DNA of 39,139 bases from a virus (lineage: Duplodnaviria > Caudoviricetes): positions 1 to 39,139 of IMG/VR virus record IMGVR_UViG_3300027801_000061; one strand, 5' to 3'. Positions within the stretch are counted from its first letter, which is position 1. Every line of letters starts with the position of its first letter. The position numbers were made by a program, and so were the translations under genes. Below the pieces are notes generated by a model. It saw only the letters and a list, made by a program, of their open reading frames with translations. It was not told the DNA's origin and ran no database searches. Shown here one piece after another: positions 23,501-30,848 of this stretch.

Positions 23501-24865
23501 ACGATGTCTATGCCTGAGCGCACCGAGGCTTTGTCTTCGGTTATGCGTGGGTTTACGGCGTTCGGTGCTGATGGTCAGATTCCTGAGGAAGTGGCTCAGG
23601 GTTTGGCTGATGTGAATCGGATTATTGGTGCGCGTGGCAGCAATAGTGTTGTGACGGTTTTTGACAAGGTGAACGACTTGTTTAAGGCGTGGGCTATTGC
23701 GTCGCCTGGTTTCCATTCTCGGAACTTCTTTGGCGGCGTGTTCAATAATGCTTTGGCTGGTGTTGAGCTTTCTTCGTATGGTCGTTTCCATCAGCTTTAT
23801 AAGCCTGTGCGGGCTGCTATTGATGCGGGTGGTTCTGTTGATGAGCAGGTGGCTGCGTTGCGGGGCAGCAAGCAGGCTCAGAGGCTGGTAGATAGCGGCA
23901 ATGGTCGGTTTGTGGATCACATGGCGACGTTGATGCGGAACGGCGTTTTGAATGGTGGTCAGACGACGGAGTTGCAGAGGGTGGCTCGGGCGCGGTCGAT
24001 CAATCCGTTGAACCCGAACAACATTGTTACGGCTACGGCCCGTCGGCCTGCGTTGCATGTTGAGAACATGTTGCGTGGGACGTTGGCGATGGACAGGCTC
24101 ACGAAGGGTCTTGATATTGATTTGGCTGTGGCTGACGTGTACAAGTATCACTTCGATTATGACGATTTGTCTGGGTTTGAGCGTGGCGTGATGCGGCGTG
24201 CGATCCCGTTCTATACGTGGACTCGCAAGAATTTGCCGTTGCAGTTGGAGATGATGTTTAAGAACCCGAAGGTTTATAACCGTGTTCATTCTTTGAAGCG
24301 GGAACTTGAGCGGGATTCGGAGAAGGAAACGTTGTTGCCGAAGTGGATCGAGGATCGGTTCCATATCCAGTTGCCTATGTCGATGGGCGGCGATTCGGTT
24401 TTCTTGGTTCCTGATTTGCCGTTTGCCGAGCTTGATCGGGCGATGAACCCGAGGCTGATCGTTGCGTCTATGAGTCCTTTGGTTAAGATTCCGTTGTCTG
24501 AGATTGCTGACAAGAACTTCTTCTTTGATAGCGATTTCCGCGATGATTACAAGCCGTTGCCGAAGGCGTGGGACACCGTTTTGGCTCCGTTGTTGCCTGC
24601 GTTGCATGGGGCTGGGATGGTTGGCCGTCGTGAGGATGGCGAGTGGGTGGCTACTGATCGGAACATGCACCATTTGGAGTCGACGTTGCCGATTTTCTCT
24701 GCGCTGCGTCGGCTGTGGCCGACGTTGGGTGACGAGAAGACTGAGTCTCGCACTATGCAGAACTGGGTGAACTGGACTTCAGGTATCGGGTTTAGGCGGA
24801 TCACTGAGGATCAACGCAAGTGGGAGCAGTGGCGGCGCGACAACGCAGAGTGGCTGGATCGGTAG
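17561..24865 (+). CDS. Giant internal virion / polyvalent protein (2434 aa) with coiled coils and a putative ART-PolyVal-like domain
   Basis: GFVGDVLFDPFTW near the N-terminus; PGFHSRNFFG and FDYDDLSGFER..MRRAIPFYTWTRKN near the C-terminus, typical of large podovirus ejection proteins; LYHG...RYA...AKNP and LRAEGYDSI...PLDPKKQL in the middle. Confidence 0.8.
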   Translation: MSTTEFDQAIADIAAKHDVSEQAVLNIKKNTPRLAAFDPLDPQGTWDPIHDFSGSGGVSGQSFANPAFQLSDSMIEAIRASWKKDDVDERGGITGALLGVGETILTAIDLPRAGVVSTIKEFGDIFDSDEKFSLNEWGSQLGLGEERAIGFGDLIHDWAPGLGEIEMFGVKPLDNLAGFVGDVLFDPFTWLTLGTLPMAKQGTMGVVKMLDALGDTVKARAVMRNGVRALSGDDLARLTVSARSNGWIGAADELKGGIQFRIPGSKTLSRLHSGPTKAKQLQLMSQDNMLLRFTPRMGANTAAQRVRLSALGGFFGGDRNLLKTALRDPNVSDDVWRGAFHGILADNVGRGIEKSLDNSLTQAWNVLDQMIVKEGVSGKVAYRAMGMDVAPDGMSQELFEALTAFSDDVLKQSNDIMRESMDGVDWLVRRSNWQPTYRTQEFRLWLKEARKSEPSGGMFDMQGFEKQANIVAGGEFMGVPLVDASEDAARRGILLDDGTVDVAKGRGPREQAVNILEENAAENGYGHDEIFDWFEDDVFVAMPQHIKLLSRRARGKYVERKLRKVGVNLDRTVTLDASVRQARDYRQVDEVLNDLNLQIEELEAAAVLEREAADAARDGGMPFAQRGVDLENKIIETLRWHADQAKKAAKFGVTWVPPSKNGTIWRQLAGESLEDAERIGRLADQRSDEAFNNIEVLKDGAAALERRADYLEGELDRIKGGLSKLRARQANLRLEQHDLYAKVELQVSQGTRAALKDLARLDEIAQDLRDINEPLAAARTSFLLQAGEIEEAQEVIRMSAKVVVGSNVVEEQLRKLKRLFQFKKGFPNDLQSQDAWAKQVSSLMDEMNIPLNLRPKTYEALIDFEINIGRARRAAGRNVAVARKVMSAATSEHTDLKAWQKEMVAERDSLIAQLGDDLPPDVAEEIRLSLETLAPTKDGYMSFDGSTALYHGMNRNHAEIDLNKVPDAASRSTSEIDSIGQLHLSFDHEISLRYASDPSKILGFRMVAKNPVIYGGTGDDFLHGHTALWGQSSESHRGRGLAQMHVDMVDSGVRNGHITLEHMKEMGVPNAQRIWDLMGGAPQRPYVPILPFLDGLPKRMTRAEIDHAGRTSLSHPRGRDLFERWKRGPHPRDVTYSDVNFDDLDEAAQAMWIENWNTGWSRDGTVNLQNFHEIEVNQLFDDDLWETGDWISTLDISDWADAPGTGDVLADVREMRERLYLTAQVRMDALDDIGALDLDADTIGVWVKTSDLAGDTDEVIPTQIYAPDDKANVVLVQIPPEAVRHIVPITSNPKAIVNKSILIQARTNMDDAKAAVEKSLRVEELIGVQSGVKLSYSEAAAIVGDDGTQPFPITGIISELRDEHKQVAHRVQQMGGTMAEYDSGAVDILARGGMDLLTYQGSHDAAGILNALALEDPTLLGRLKYKRSPWTGNRSAGAGGPLSKEGVLQEERWIANLIVKAKRNGVEPLERIPLTPKQLVEDPNGQWFNTYIKPVSSNQWIGGSPASGLSSMGGSQLKDDFADGLMDWVADFHRELRAEGYDSILYTGFEHGGQWNAIPLDPKKQLQPFAGGADELTPKNKDSLNASMLGDEDTSKSFITSREFGKQLDDAASGSGAIGGANAIGSSPKNIIRYQSRMDVNKALDSAALGIEATSKKNWAKHEYDVITDRVESTLNDFESTIETWVTQNFVDSTGGNTRHPEQILTNLTSARGKLAQEIGALSKVADKIEAIDPAQAAAMAAPLRQQIDMLRKYLSDTTQVSWSIGRAFSEAKRVGAKNLQARTAKQFVGLIDESMLALEARKVKRYQEIADAADEISPFVAEAQGSVRQAAEQLAENQRRIAQIDADMAEEATTADGTVAYFRSQELSLRGEATERFEMANRLDNEELEAAERARRASVTDVSMDGVPVPRPSERVASVEVPNVAAGRVADMRVERAAQTVSLNQTNAQFLRLEANAKMLEADLARLSHDRDLIATRFATMSMPERTEALSSVMRGFTAFGADGQIPEEVAQGLADVNRIIGARGSNSVVTVFDKVNDLFKAWAIASPGFHSRNFFGGVFNNALAGVELSSYGRFHQLYKPVRAAIDAGGSVDEQVAALRGSKQAQRLVDSGNGRFVDHMATLMRNGVLNGGQTTELQRVARARSINPLNPNNIVTATARRPALHVENMLRGTLAMDRLTKGLDIDLAVADVYKYHFDYDDLSGFERGVMRRAIPFYTWTRKNLPLQLEMMFKNPKVYNRVHSLKRELERDSEKETLLPKWIEDRFHIQLPMSMGGDSVFLVPDLPFAELDRAMNPRLIVASMSPLVKIPLSEIADKNFFFDSDFRDDYKPLPKAWDTVLAPLLPALHGAGMVGRREDGEWVATDRNMHHLESTLPIFSALRRLWPTLGDEKTESRTMQNWVNWTSGIGFRRITEDQRKWEQWRRDNAEWLDR

Positions 24866-24884
24866 ATGCCGTCCACCATGGGGC

Positions 24885-25070
24885 ATGATATTCCATATTC
24901 GTAACCTGTTGGCTGCCGAACCTGTGGCCGTTGTGGCTGCACTGCAGGCGTCGTTGGCGTTGGCTGTGCTGTTCGGTGTGGACTTGTCGGCCGATCAGCT
25001 TGCTGGTATCGGTGCGTGCGCTGCGACTTGGTTGGGGCTTGTGACCCGTCGCCGTGTCACTCCTGTGTAG
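24885..25070 (+). CDS. Holin-like two-TM protein
   Basis: EPVAVVAALQASLALAVLFGVDLSADQ...TRRRVTPV, an actinophage holin-like pattern. Confidence 0.72.
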   Translation: MIFHIRNLLAAEPVAVVAALQASLALAVLFGVDLSADQLAGIGACAATWLGLVTRRRVTPV

Positions 25071-25377
25071 GAGCCATATTTAGGGTGAGTAGCGCGCCCA
25101 TGTTCCACTGGACGGCGGCTGCGTGCAGCGTGCCTGTTTCTGTGTCGTGGGTTTGGCCTTGAGCCATCTTCATCAGGTGCCGTAGGGCAGCGTCTATGTA
25201 CTCGGAGTCTGGTTTGCCTCCGAGTATCCAGTTGGGTTTGCCGTCTACGTCGGGGTATTTGGTGCGTCCGACGTGGCAGTGCCATGCGAGTGGTGCCCAG
25301 TCGAACCAGCCTAGTTCTCCTAGCGGTTCTTTGTGGGCGTCGTCTCGTGCGGCTTTACGCTGGTTCGTCTTCTTCAA
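25057..25377 (-). CDS. dATP/dGTP diphosphohydrolase domain protein (DUF5664-like)
   Basis: GRTKY...NW..G...YIDAALRHL...G...DTETGTLHAAAVQWN. Confidence 0.85.
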   Translation of the reverse strand: MKKTNQRKAARDDAHKEPLGELGWFDWAPLAWHCHVGRTKYPDVDGKPNWILGGKPDSEYIDAALRHLMKMAQGQTHDTETGTLHAAAVQWNMGALLTLNMAPTQE

Positions 25378-25645
25378 CCCATTCTTCCATTTCTGCCCAG
25401 GAGGCGTCGCCGAATACGAACCAGTCGCCGTCGATGGTGTTGACTAGCCAGTCTGTGGGGCCAATTTCGATGACGGTTCCGTAGATGTATAGCTCTGTGG
25501 TGCTGTCTTGCAGGTCGTCTTCTGGTTCGGGGGCGATGTCGCCGTCGATCCAGTCTTGCATCAGGTAGGCCGTGTAAACGGATCCGTCGTATTGCACCGC
25601 TGTGGCGATGCCTAGCCCTTCAAAATATCCCATGGCTGTAGTCAT
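25355..25645 (-). CDS. Acidic hypothetical protein
   Basis: Coupled to the upstream gene (TAATG overlap). Confidence 0.7.
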   Translation of the reverse strand: MTTAMGYFEGLGIATAVQYDGSVYTAYLMQDWIDGDIAPEPEDDLQDSTTELYIYGTVIEIGPTDWLVNTIDGDWFVFGDASWAEMEEWVEEDEPA

Positions 25646-26178
25646 TATTCTGTTTCCTCTCGACTGTGTCGTTGTAGGTACTTAGTTACTTGTGGACTGT
25701 CTTCAAGGGCTGCTTCCATTTTCTCGATGGCTCTGGTTACCGTCAGGTAACATGTTGACTTGGGGAGAGCCATCCGTTGCGAGACGGATGCGTATGTTTC
25801 TGACCCGAGGACGATGGAGATCATAGCTTCGGCTTCCCGTAGCGTCAAAGTATCCTCTATGGCGTCTAGGAGCGTCTCTCGTAGCTCCTGTAGCTCTTCG
25901 GTGGTATATCCGCCCATTGGCTTGTGCGGCTCTTCCATGAGCTTCTCAGTGGCATCCATCAATCTTTGGTCGTATCCGAGAACGTCGATCAGGTTCGAGC
26001 TGATCTCACGGGGACCACGCCACTTGCGAACCCCGCCAGAATCTTTCTGCTTGTCTCTCATCAGCGGACGCCTCGGCTCGACAGACAACCCGTCACGAAG
26101 CAGTATTCGGTCCCACTTGTTAAACAGTTCTTCCCGTTCTTCATCAGACATTTCTTTCCTACGGCGACGGTTCGACAT
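25645..26178 (-). CDS. Sigma-70 region 4-like HTH protein, putative late transcription factor
   Basis: LTLREAEAMISIVLGSETYASVSQRMALPKSTCYLTVTRAIEKMEAAL; SD GAGGT before ATG 26178. Confidence 0.75.
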   Translation of the reverse strand: MSNRRRRKEMSDEEREELFNKWDRILLRDGLSVEPRRPLMRDKQKDSGGVRKWRGPREISSNLIDVLGYDQRLMDATEKLMEEPHKPMGGYTTEELQELRETLLDAIEDTLTLREAEAMISIVLGSETYASVSQRMALPKSTCYLTVTRAIEKMEAALEDSPQVTKYLQRHSREETE

Positions 26179-26650
26179 GATGGACCTCACCGATCTCTAT
26201 TAGGAGATCGGATGGGAATGCCCAGTAATGCTTCGGGGTCGCGTCGTCGAACACGCCTTTGCCTACGTGCGGGGAGGTTTCTACAGCCCGTACGAGGGCA
26301 CTCAGCTCGACAACTATTGAACGGTCTTCGTGGGAGTCGTAGAAGAACACTTCTACGGGGTGATGTTTCTGCCATTCGATCAAAGCATCCAGATTGGCGT
26401 ACTTGATTTTGGCGAGCTTGTCACGTCCGAACCCTTTCGCTTCGACCAGTGCCTGTGAGGTCAGAAAGTCGGGGGTGTGACGGATGAACTCGGACAGCAT
26501 CGATAGTTTGAGTGGGGGACGGTTCAGGCCGTACGGGATCCAGCCACGGTTCTGACTGTCGAGCCATGCGGCGCACCGCTCTTCTGCCACGTCACCCATT
26601 TGGGCGTAGCGTTGGCTCCACGCCATTTCTCTGAACGGCCCGCCAGCCAT
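26159..26650 (-). CDS. PD-(D/E)xK nuclease
   Basis: GDVAEE...TPDFL...LVEAKG. Confidence 0.75.
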   Translation of the reverse strand: MAGGPFREMAWSQRYAQMGDVAEERCAAWLDSQNRGWIPYGLNRPPLKLSMLSEFIRHTPDFLTSQALVEAKGFGRDKLAKIKYANLDALIEWQKHHPVEVFFYDSHEDRSIVVELSALVRAVETSPHVGKGVFDDATPKHYWAFPSDLLIEIGEVHHVEPSP

Positions 26651-26652
26651 CG

Positions 26653-26889
26653 TTACAGATCCTTCTTCAGATATACCCAGCCGCTGTCGACGGAGAACGG
26701 GACGTATCCATCTGCCGTTTTTTTACGCAACTGGATCTGCTTGTCGTACAAGACTTTGACAATGTCGATCTTGTAGTCGTTTTGCCACGGCTCTAGTTCG
26801 ATCACAGGCTCTTCAACCTTGGGGATCGGTGCGGCCGACGGCCGTTTCTGAGCTGGTTTCTTTACTCTTGTTCCTGGCTTTGGGTCCAT
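26653..26889 (-). CDS. Hypothetical protein (MDPKPG...)
   Basis: SD AGGAGG before ATG 26889. Confidence 0.7.
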   Translation of the reverse strand: MDPKPGTRVKKPAQKRPSAAPIPKVEEPVIELEPWQNDYKIDIVKVLYDKQIQLRKKTADGYVPFSVDSGWVYLKKDL

Positions 26890-26897
26890 AGCGCCTC

Positions 26898-27053
26898 CTA
26901 TTGGCATGACTCGCACGACTCGGGGTTTTCCAAGTCGCAGGATTGTTCGATCAGTTCATCGGCGTCTTTGCCCCAGTCGATACCGACTGTGCCGTATTCG
27001 CCCATCAGTTCGCCATCTTCGTACAGCTCTGCCAGTGTCTTGGGATCAGTCAT
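26898..27053 (-). CDS. 51-aa acidic peptide ending CDLENPESCESCQ; absent from the ORF track
   Basis: Hand translation MTDPKTLAELYEDGELMGEYGTVGIDWGKDADELIEQSCDLENPESCESCQ. Start overlaps the rusA end; stop overlaps the next gene's SD. Confidence 0.8.
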   Translation of the reverse strand: MTDPKTLAELYEDGELMGEYGTVGIDWGKDADELIEQSCDLENPESCESCQ

Positions 27054-27441
27054 TTTCTTCGTCGCCGCTTTCACTTATCCACAGGTGTCCTGTGGTTGTG
27101 GATTCTAATACAGATATCTGGCCGTCGTCCAAGTAAGCGATCCCGTTCAGGGCATCCAGCACTGCCTTCATGTAGTTGTCGATGTCGCCTCGCAGCACAG
27201 TTGGCAGCTCTGTAGGAGCAACTTCGATCCACATGCCGTTCTTGTCGAAGTCGACCGTGACTTTCACTGGTCCTTCTAGTGGTTTGCGTCGACCGAATCT
27301 GGTCTTCCACGCTGCAGCTATCGCAGCCTCGTGTATCTGTGTCGCTGCGGGCGTGAAGACACGCCCTCGGCGACCGAGCCGTGGCCGTTGCTTAACTCTG
27401 GGCTTTATCTGTATGTAGGTCCGCATCGGTTTACGTGACAT
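27046..27441 (-). CDS. rusA: RusA-family Holliday junction resolvase
   Basis: KQRPR...FTP; GDIDNYMKAVLDALNGIAYLDDGQI. Confidence 0.93.
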   Translation of the reverse strand: MSRKPMRTYIQIKPRVKQRPRLGRRGRVFTPAATQIHEAAIAAAWKTRFGRRKPLEGPVKVTVDFDKNGMWIEVAPTELPTVLRGDIDNYMKAVLDALNGIAYLDDGQISVLESTTTGHLWISESGDEEND

Positions 27442-27571
27442 AGGTAGCCTTTCCTCTGTAGTGCTCCAAGACCTGTGCCTCCAGCGTTGGACGCCAGTAG
27501 CTGTCTGGGAGATTGTTTGCTCTGTTGACGGAGCGCAGTTCTGCCAAACTGAGGTCTTTAATTCCGATCAA
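27431..27571 (-). CDS. Small hypothetical protein (46 aa, TTG start)
   Basis: Fills the whiB-rusA gap exactly; start overlaps the whiB stop (TTGA). Confidence 0.5.
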   Translation of the reverse strand: MIGIKDLSLAELRSVNRANNLPDSYWRPTLEAQVLEHYRGKATYVT

Positions 27572-27831
27572 CGGGAAACCGTTCTGGGTTTGCGTCTGGT
27601 GTCCTTGCCCCTGAGCCTGTGTCGTTGAGCTGGGGTGGTACCACCGTAGATCCCGCAGTCATCTAGTGGCGTTTCTTTCATCTCTTCCATGCGATGTTGC
27701 AGACAGTCGGCTACTACGAGGCAGGCGCCGCATGTCGCTAGGGATTCTTGTCTTTTCTGTGGATCTCGGCTGAAGAAAGCTGTGGTGTCTTTGCCTTGGC
27801 AGTTCGCTGATGTTCTCCAGTCGTCAGTCAT
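27568..27831 (-). CDS. whiB: WhiB-family Fe-S transcription factor
   Basis: WRTSANC...FF...CGAC.V..DC...GIYGGTTPAQR. Confidence 0.93.
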   Translation of the reverse strand: MTDDWRTSANCQGKDTTAFFSRDPQKRQESLATCGACLVVADCLQHRMEEMKETPLDDCGIYGGTTPAQRHRLRGKDTRRKPRTVSR

Positions 27832-27976
27832 CTTCTTGCCACCAGCGTTTCGACTTGGGCGAGTCTGCGGGGTTCAGTTCGTCGCGAACCAAGTACCAGA
27901 CCAGGGAGACAAACATCACAGCCCAGATCGCTCCGCAAACGAGGATGGCTGTGTCACTTATTTCTAGATTCATCAT
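27824..27976 (-). CDS. Small single-TM membrane protein (50 aa)
   Basis: AILVCGAIWAVMFVSLVWYLV; SD AAAGGA. Confidence 0.7.
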   Translation of the reverse strand: MMNLEISDTAILVCGAIWAVMFVSLVWYLVRDELNPADSPKSKRWWQEDD

Positions 27977-28122
27977 GTTCCTTTCGTGTAATACCTGTAG
28001 CGGCGTGGTCCGAGTATGCGAGCTATCCACTCTTCGGGTAGCTCGTCGCCTCGTATGTCTTTGCGCTCCTCGGGAGGCAAGTTCAGTGGTCGTTCTTCTG
28101 GCGGTAGTACTACTAATCCCAT
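27973..28122 (-). CDS. Small hypothetical protein (49 aa, LPPEER twice)
   Basis: SD AAAGGA before ATG 28122; ATGA overlap with the next gene. Confidence 0.6.
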   Translation of the reverse strand: MGLVVLPPEERPLNLPPEERKDIRGDELPEEWIARILGPRRYRYYTKGT

Positions 28123-28136
28123 GGTTTCCTTTGGTG

Positions 28137-29060
28137 TTATGCGGCTTGGCCAGATGCTTTGGCGAGCATCCTGTCGAGTTGTGGGCGTCCCTGGTCTGCT
28201 CGGGCCACCCATTTGGGTGCGTGCTGGTCGTGCGCTTCGTACAGGAACCCTTGTGCTTCTGTGAAGCTCAAGTCGCATTTGGCTAGTTCCCGAGAGAAGC
28301 TCCACAGCCATTCGGATCGGTCGTCGGAGCGGCCTGCACCTTGCGTGTACATGTGGAACGCTAGACCTGAGAGGCGGTTGCGGGACGACTTGTTGCGTGT
28401 GACGGATCCTGTGCCGAAGTTCTTGGCTGTCACTAGCACGGGGGCGTCATACAGGGCAGCTAGGGGTTCTAGCTGGGCGGCTTTAACGGTCGAGGCTGCT
28501 GCCTGGTTGGCGAAGTCTTCCAGTGTGCAGTCGACAATCATGCGTCGATGCTCTGCCTCGCCTGGGTTGTTTCCTGGGTACGGCAGCCGCACGTAGTTGC
28601 CGACGGCACCGTCAGCGAGAGCTGCTTGCTTCGGGTTGATCTCGCGGGTTGGTGCCTGTGCTAGTTGTGCTGCTGCCAGCAGTGCGTGGCGCATCAACTC
28701 TGCGGGCAGCCAGCCGTCAGCGAACACCCATACGTGGTAGCCCTTTGAGCGGGATCGTTCGATCCATCCTGTGATCCCGAACTTGGCGAGAACGGTCGTG
28801 ATGTTTCGGGCGTGGATCAGCGAAGCTTCTTCGCCCTCGTCTACGTCGATGCAGCCCCAGCAGACAACGAACCCTGTGGGGGCTTTGACCATGGGGTAGA
28901 CGCCTGCTTGTGGCCCGCCGTCTAGGTGCTGCTCTAGTTGTTCGACCCACCACCTAATTTGGGCTTCTAGCGTCTTGTGCGGGCTGCGGTCGCAGCCGCC
29001 TTTCTCGGTGCCGATCACGGCAGGGTTGCCGCCAAAGAGGGCAATGAATGTTTCTTTCAT
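28137..29060 (-). CDS. Archaeo-eukaryotic primase (AEP / prim-pol)
   Basis: CIDVD motif I, SRSKGYHVW motif II, EINPKQ, GNYVRLPY; adjacent to the helicase. Confidence 0.88.
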   Translation of the reverse strand: MKETFIALFGGNPAVIGTEKGGCDRSPHKTLEAQIRWWVEQLEQHLDGGPQAGVYPMVKAPTGFVVCWGCIDVDEGEEASLIHARNITTVLAKFGITGWIERSRSKGYHVWVFADGWLPAELMRHALLAAAQLAQAPTREINPKQAALADGAVGNYVRLPYPGNNPGEAEHRRMIVDCTLEDFANQAAASTVKAAQLEPLAALYDAPVLVTAKNFGTGSVTRNKSSRNRLSGLAFHMYTQGAGRSDDRSEWLWSFSRELAKCDLSFTEAQGFLYEAHDQHAPKWVARADQGRPQLDRMLAKASGQAA

Positions 29061-29067
29061 GTCTTTC

Positions 29068-30174
29068 CTAGAACATCGGGCGGTTAATGATGGGAGTGGG
29101 GGCTGGTTGCGCTGCACTCACCTCTTCCTTCAGAGCTGTGAGAGCGGCAGCGTTGTGTGATGCCCTGTCTGTGGTCGGCCCTGCACCGTCGTCGGGCGGC
29201 GGGACGTACCCGTCGCCGTCCTGCAGCGTACGGATCGCCCCTGTCTGTGACGTTATGTGCAGGTCCACATAGCCCGTCTTCGACGGGGGACGCTTGTTCT
29301 TCACGACACCTACGGTGATCGTGTTCTTCTCCGCTTCACGTTCATAGGCGTCCAGCGACTCGTCTTGGCATTTGCGGAACACTTCGACCACGTAGGTGGC
29401 CTCGTTCTCGCCTCCGTAACGCATCGAATCCATGCCTCGTGCTGTGCCTCGGTCGGAGCGTTTGCCTTGATGCAGGCAGACGATGGGGCGTTTCGCTGAC
29501 TTGGCGAAACGCTTCAGCTCCTGCACCTTCCATGTCACTCCGTCGTGGTCGCCGTCGCCTGGGATCAGCTCCAGATAGTCGATGAAGACTCCCTGTGTAG
29601 GCGCACCCCAATACTGTTCGCATTCCATGACGGCTTTGCCCATGTCATCGAAGTCGAGACCCTCGTCTATGACTACAAGGTTCGGGAAGTCGTCTACAGC
29701 GACTGCTCTCAGGGTGTCGATCATGTCGTTGTCGCCTGCCTTGATGGCCTGCTCAACGTCTTCGGGGTTCAGTCCTCGCATGATGGCTGCGAGTTTCATC
29801 AGTACCAGCTCTGCCATCTCGTCGGGTGTGAACAGGATGAAGCGGCCGTGGGCGTTGTTGCAGATGGCTTGCATGACGAGCTGTGTCTTGCCGCTGTGTG
29901 CGCGGCCTGTGACGAAGCACAGGTCACCGTCGCCTACGCCTCGCATCATGACATCAATGTCTCGGATGCCCCACATGAGGCGACCGTCGACGTTCTGCAG
30001 GGCGTCGACCAGCGGGTCGACTGCGGACCCGAGGTGGCGAACGAACCTCCATTCGGGGTCAGACACGGGCGGATCATTACCGTCTGCATCTGACCCCGTG
30101 CCATGGGAGGTGGTCTGTTGTGCAGCTATTGCTGCTTCGATTTGGGCGTCGTCAAGGATCTGTGGCATGGCCAC
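29068..30174 (-). CDS. DnaB-like SF4 replicative helicase
   Basis: GRAHSGKT Walker A, VFIDYLELI, IVCLHQ, VKNKR; SD GGAGG. Confidence 0.92.
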   Translation of the reverse strand: MAMPQILDDAQIEAAIAAQQTTSHGTGSDADGNDPPVSDPEWRFVRHLGSAVDPLVDALQNVDGRLMWGIRDIDVMMRGVGDGDLCFVTGRAHSGKTQLVMQAICNNAHGRFILFTPDEMAELVLMKLAAIMRGLNPEDVEQAIKAGDNDMIDTLRAVAVDDFPNLVVIDEGLDFDDMGKAVMECEQYWGAPTQGVFIDYLELIPGDGDHDGVTWKVQELKRFAKSAKRPIVCLHQGKRSDRGTARGMDSMRYGGENEATYVVEVFRKCQDESLDAYEREAEKNTITVGVVKNKRPPSKTGYVDLHITSQTGAIRTLQDGDGYVPPPDDGAGPTTDRASHNAAALTALKEEVSAAQPAPTPIINRPMF

Positions 30175-30257
30175 GGTTCTACCTCCCAGTAGGCGGGTGT
30201 GTGGGTTGGAGCGGGCAGGGGCGGCTGTGAAGCTGCACCCCTGCCCATTTCATGGAC

Positions 30258-30758
30258 CTAGTCCAGCCAGAGGGCTAGGGCTGAATCCTTGTGCTTCAAG
30301 TCGGGGCTGGTGGGCTTGTACTCGCCAGCGGCCTTCTTGGGGCGGTTGTCCCAGAACTCGTCTGGGGCGATGGCGTAGCGGGCTTTGCCCCACGCCTTGT
30401 TAGCTGCCTTCTCTGCTTTGTCTCGGGAGTCTCCCGAGTGTGGCGGCATGGCCGCTACGTTGCCCTGTGGCATCGTGATGACCTGTGCGCCTCCGAAGGC
30501 TTCACGGGCTGCGTCTGCGAAGGCATCGGGGCCGCTCTGTGGGACGACCTGTGGGGCTGGGGTTGGGACGGCCTGCAGCACGGTATCGGTGGCCCAGCCT
30601 CCGCTACCTGCAAGATCCCATACGACCTTCTCGATGTACGCTGCAGCCGCAGCGAGCGGCTGGTCTGTCTTGTCGGCAACGATCATCTCGATCGCTCCCT
30701 TGACGCAGACCTGTGCGACAATCAACTGGTCTTTGGGTGTGAAGTCATTCTTACTCAT
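30258..30758 (-). CDS. Putative ssDNA-binding protein with a C-terminal PDF-type motif
   Basis: FWDNRPKK...SPDLKHKDSALALWLD; between exonuclease and helicase; SD AGGAGG. Confidence 0.65.
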   Translation of the reverse strand: MSKNDFTPKDQLIVAQVCVKGAIEMIVADKTDQPLAAAAAYIEKVVWDLAGSGGWATDTVLQAVPTPAPQVVPQSGPDAFADAAREAFGGAQVITMPQGNVAAMPPHSGDSRDKAEKAANKAWGKARYAIAPDEFWDNRPKKAAGEYKPTSPDLKHKDSALALWLD

Positions 30759-30848
30759 GTGTGCCCTCCTATGGGCGGTACTGGCAACGAACTCTGCTTG
30801 CCGTTGCTCAGATCTACAAGGTACAGCCACTGTTGCAGTGACGTACAA

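Noticed and set aside
22673-24673. 666-aa minus-strand ORF (also 18485-19483 and 16749-17327)
   Set aside because: Antisense shadows of G/T-biased virion genes; no SD and an implausible H/R/Q-rich composition.
17561-24865. N4-like virion RNA polymerase or tape measure protein
   Set aside because: No recognisable polymerase catalytic motifs. The context (adaptor, nozzle, three internal proteins, no tail tube) fits a podovirus ejection protein.
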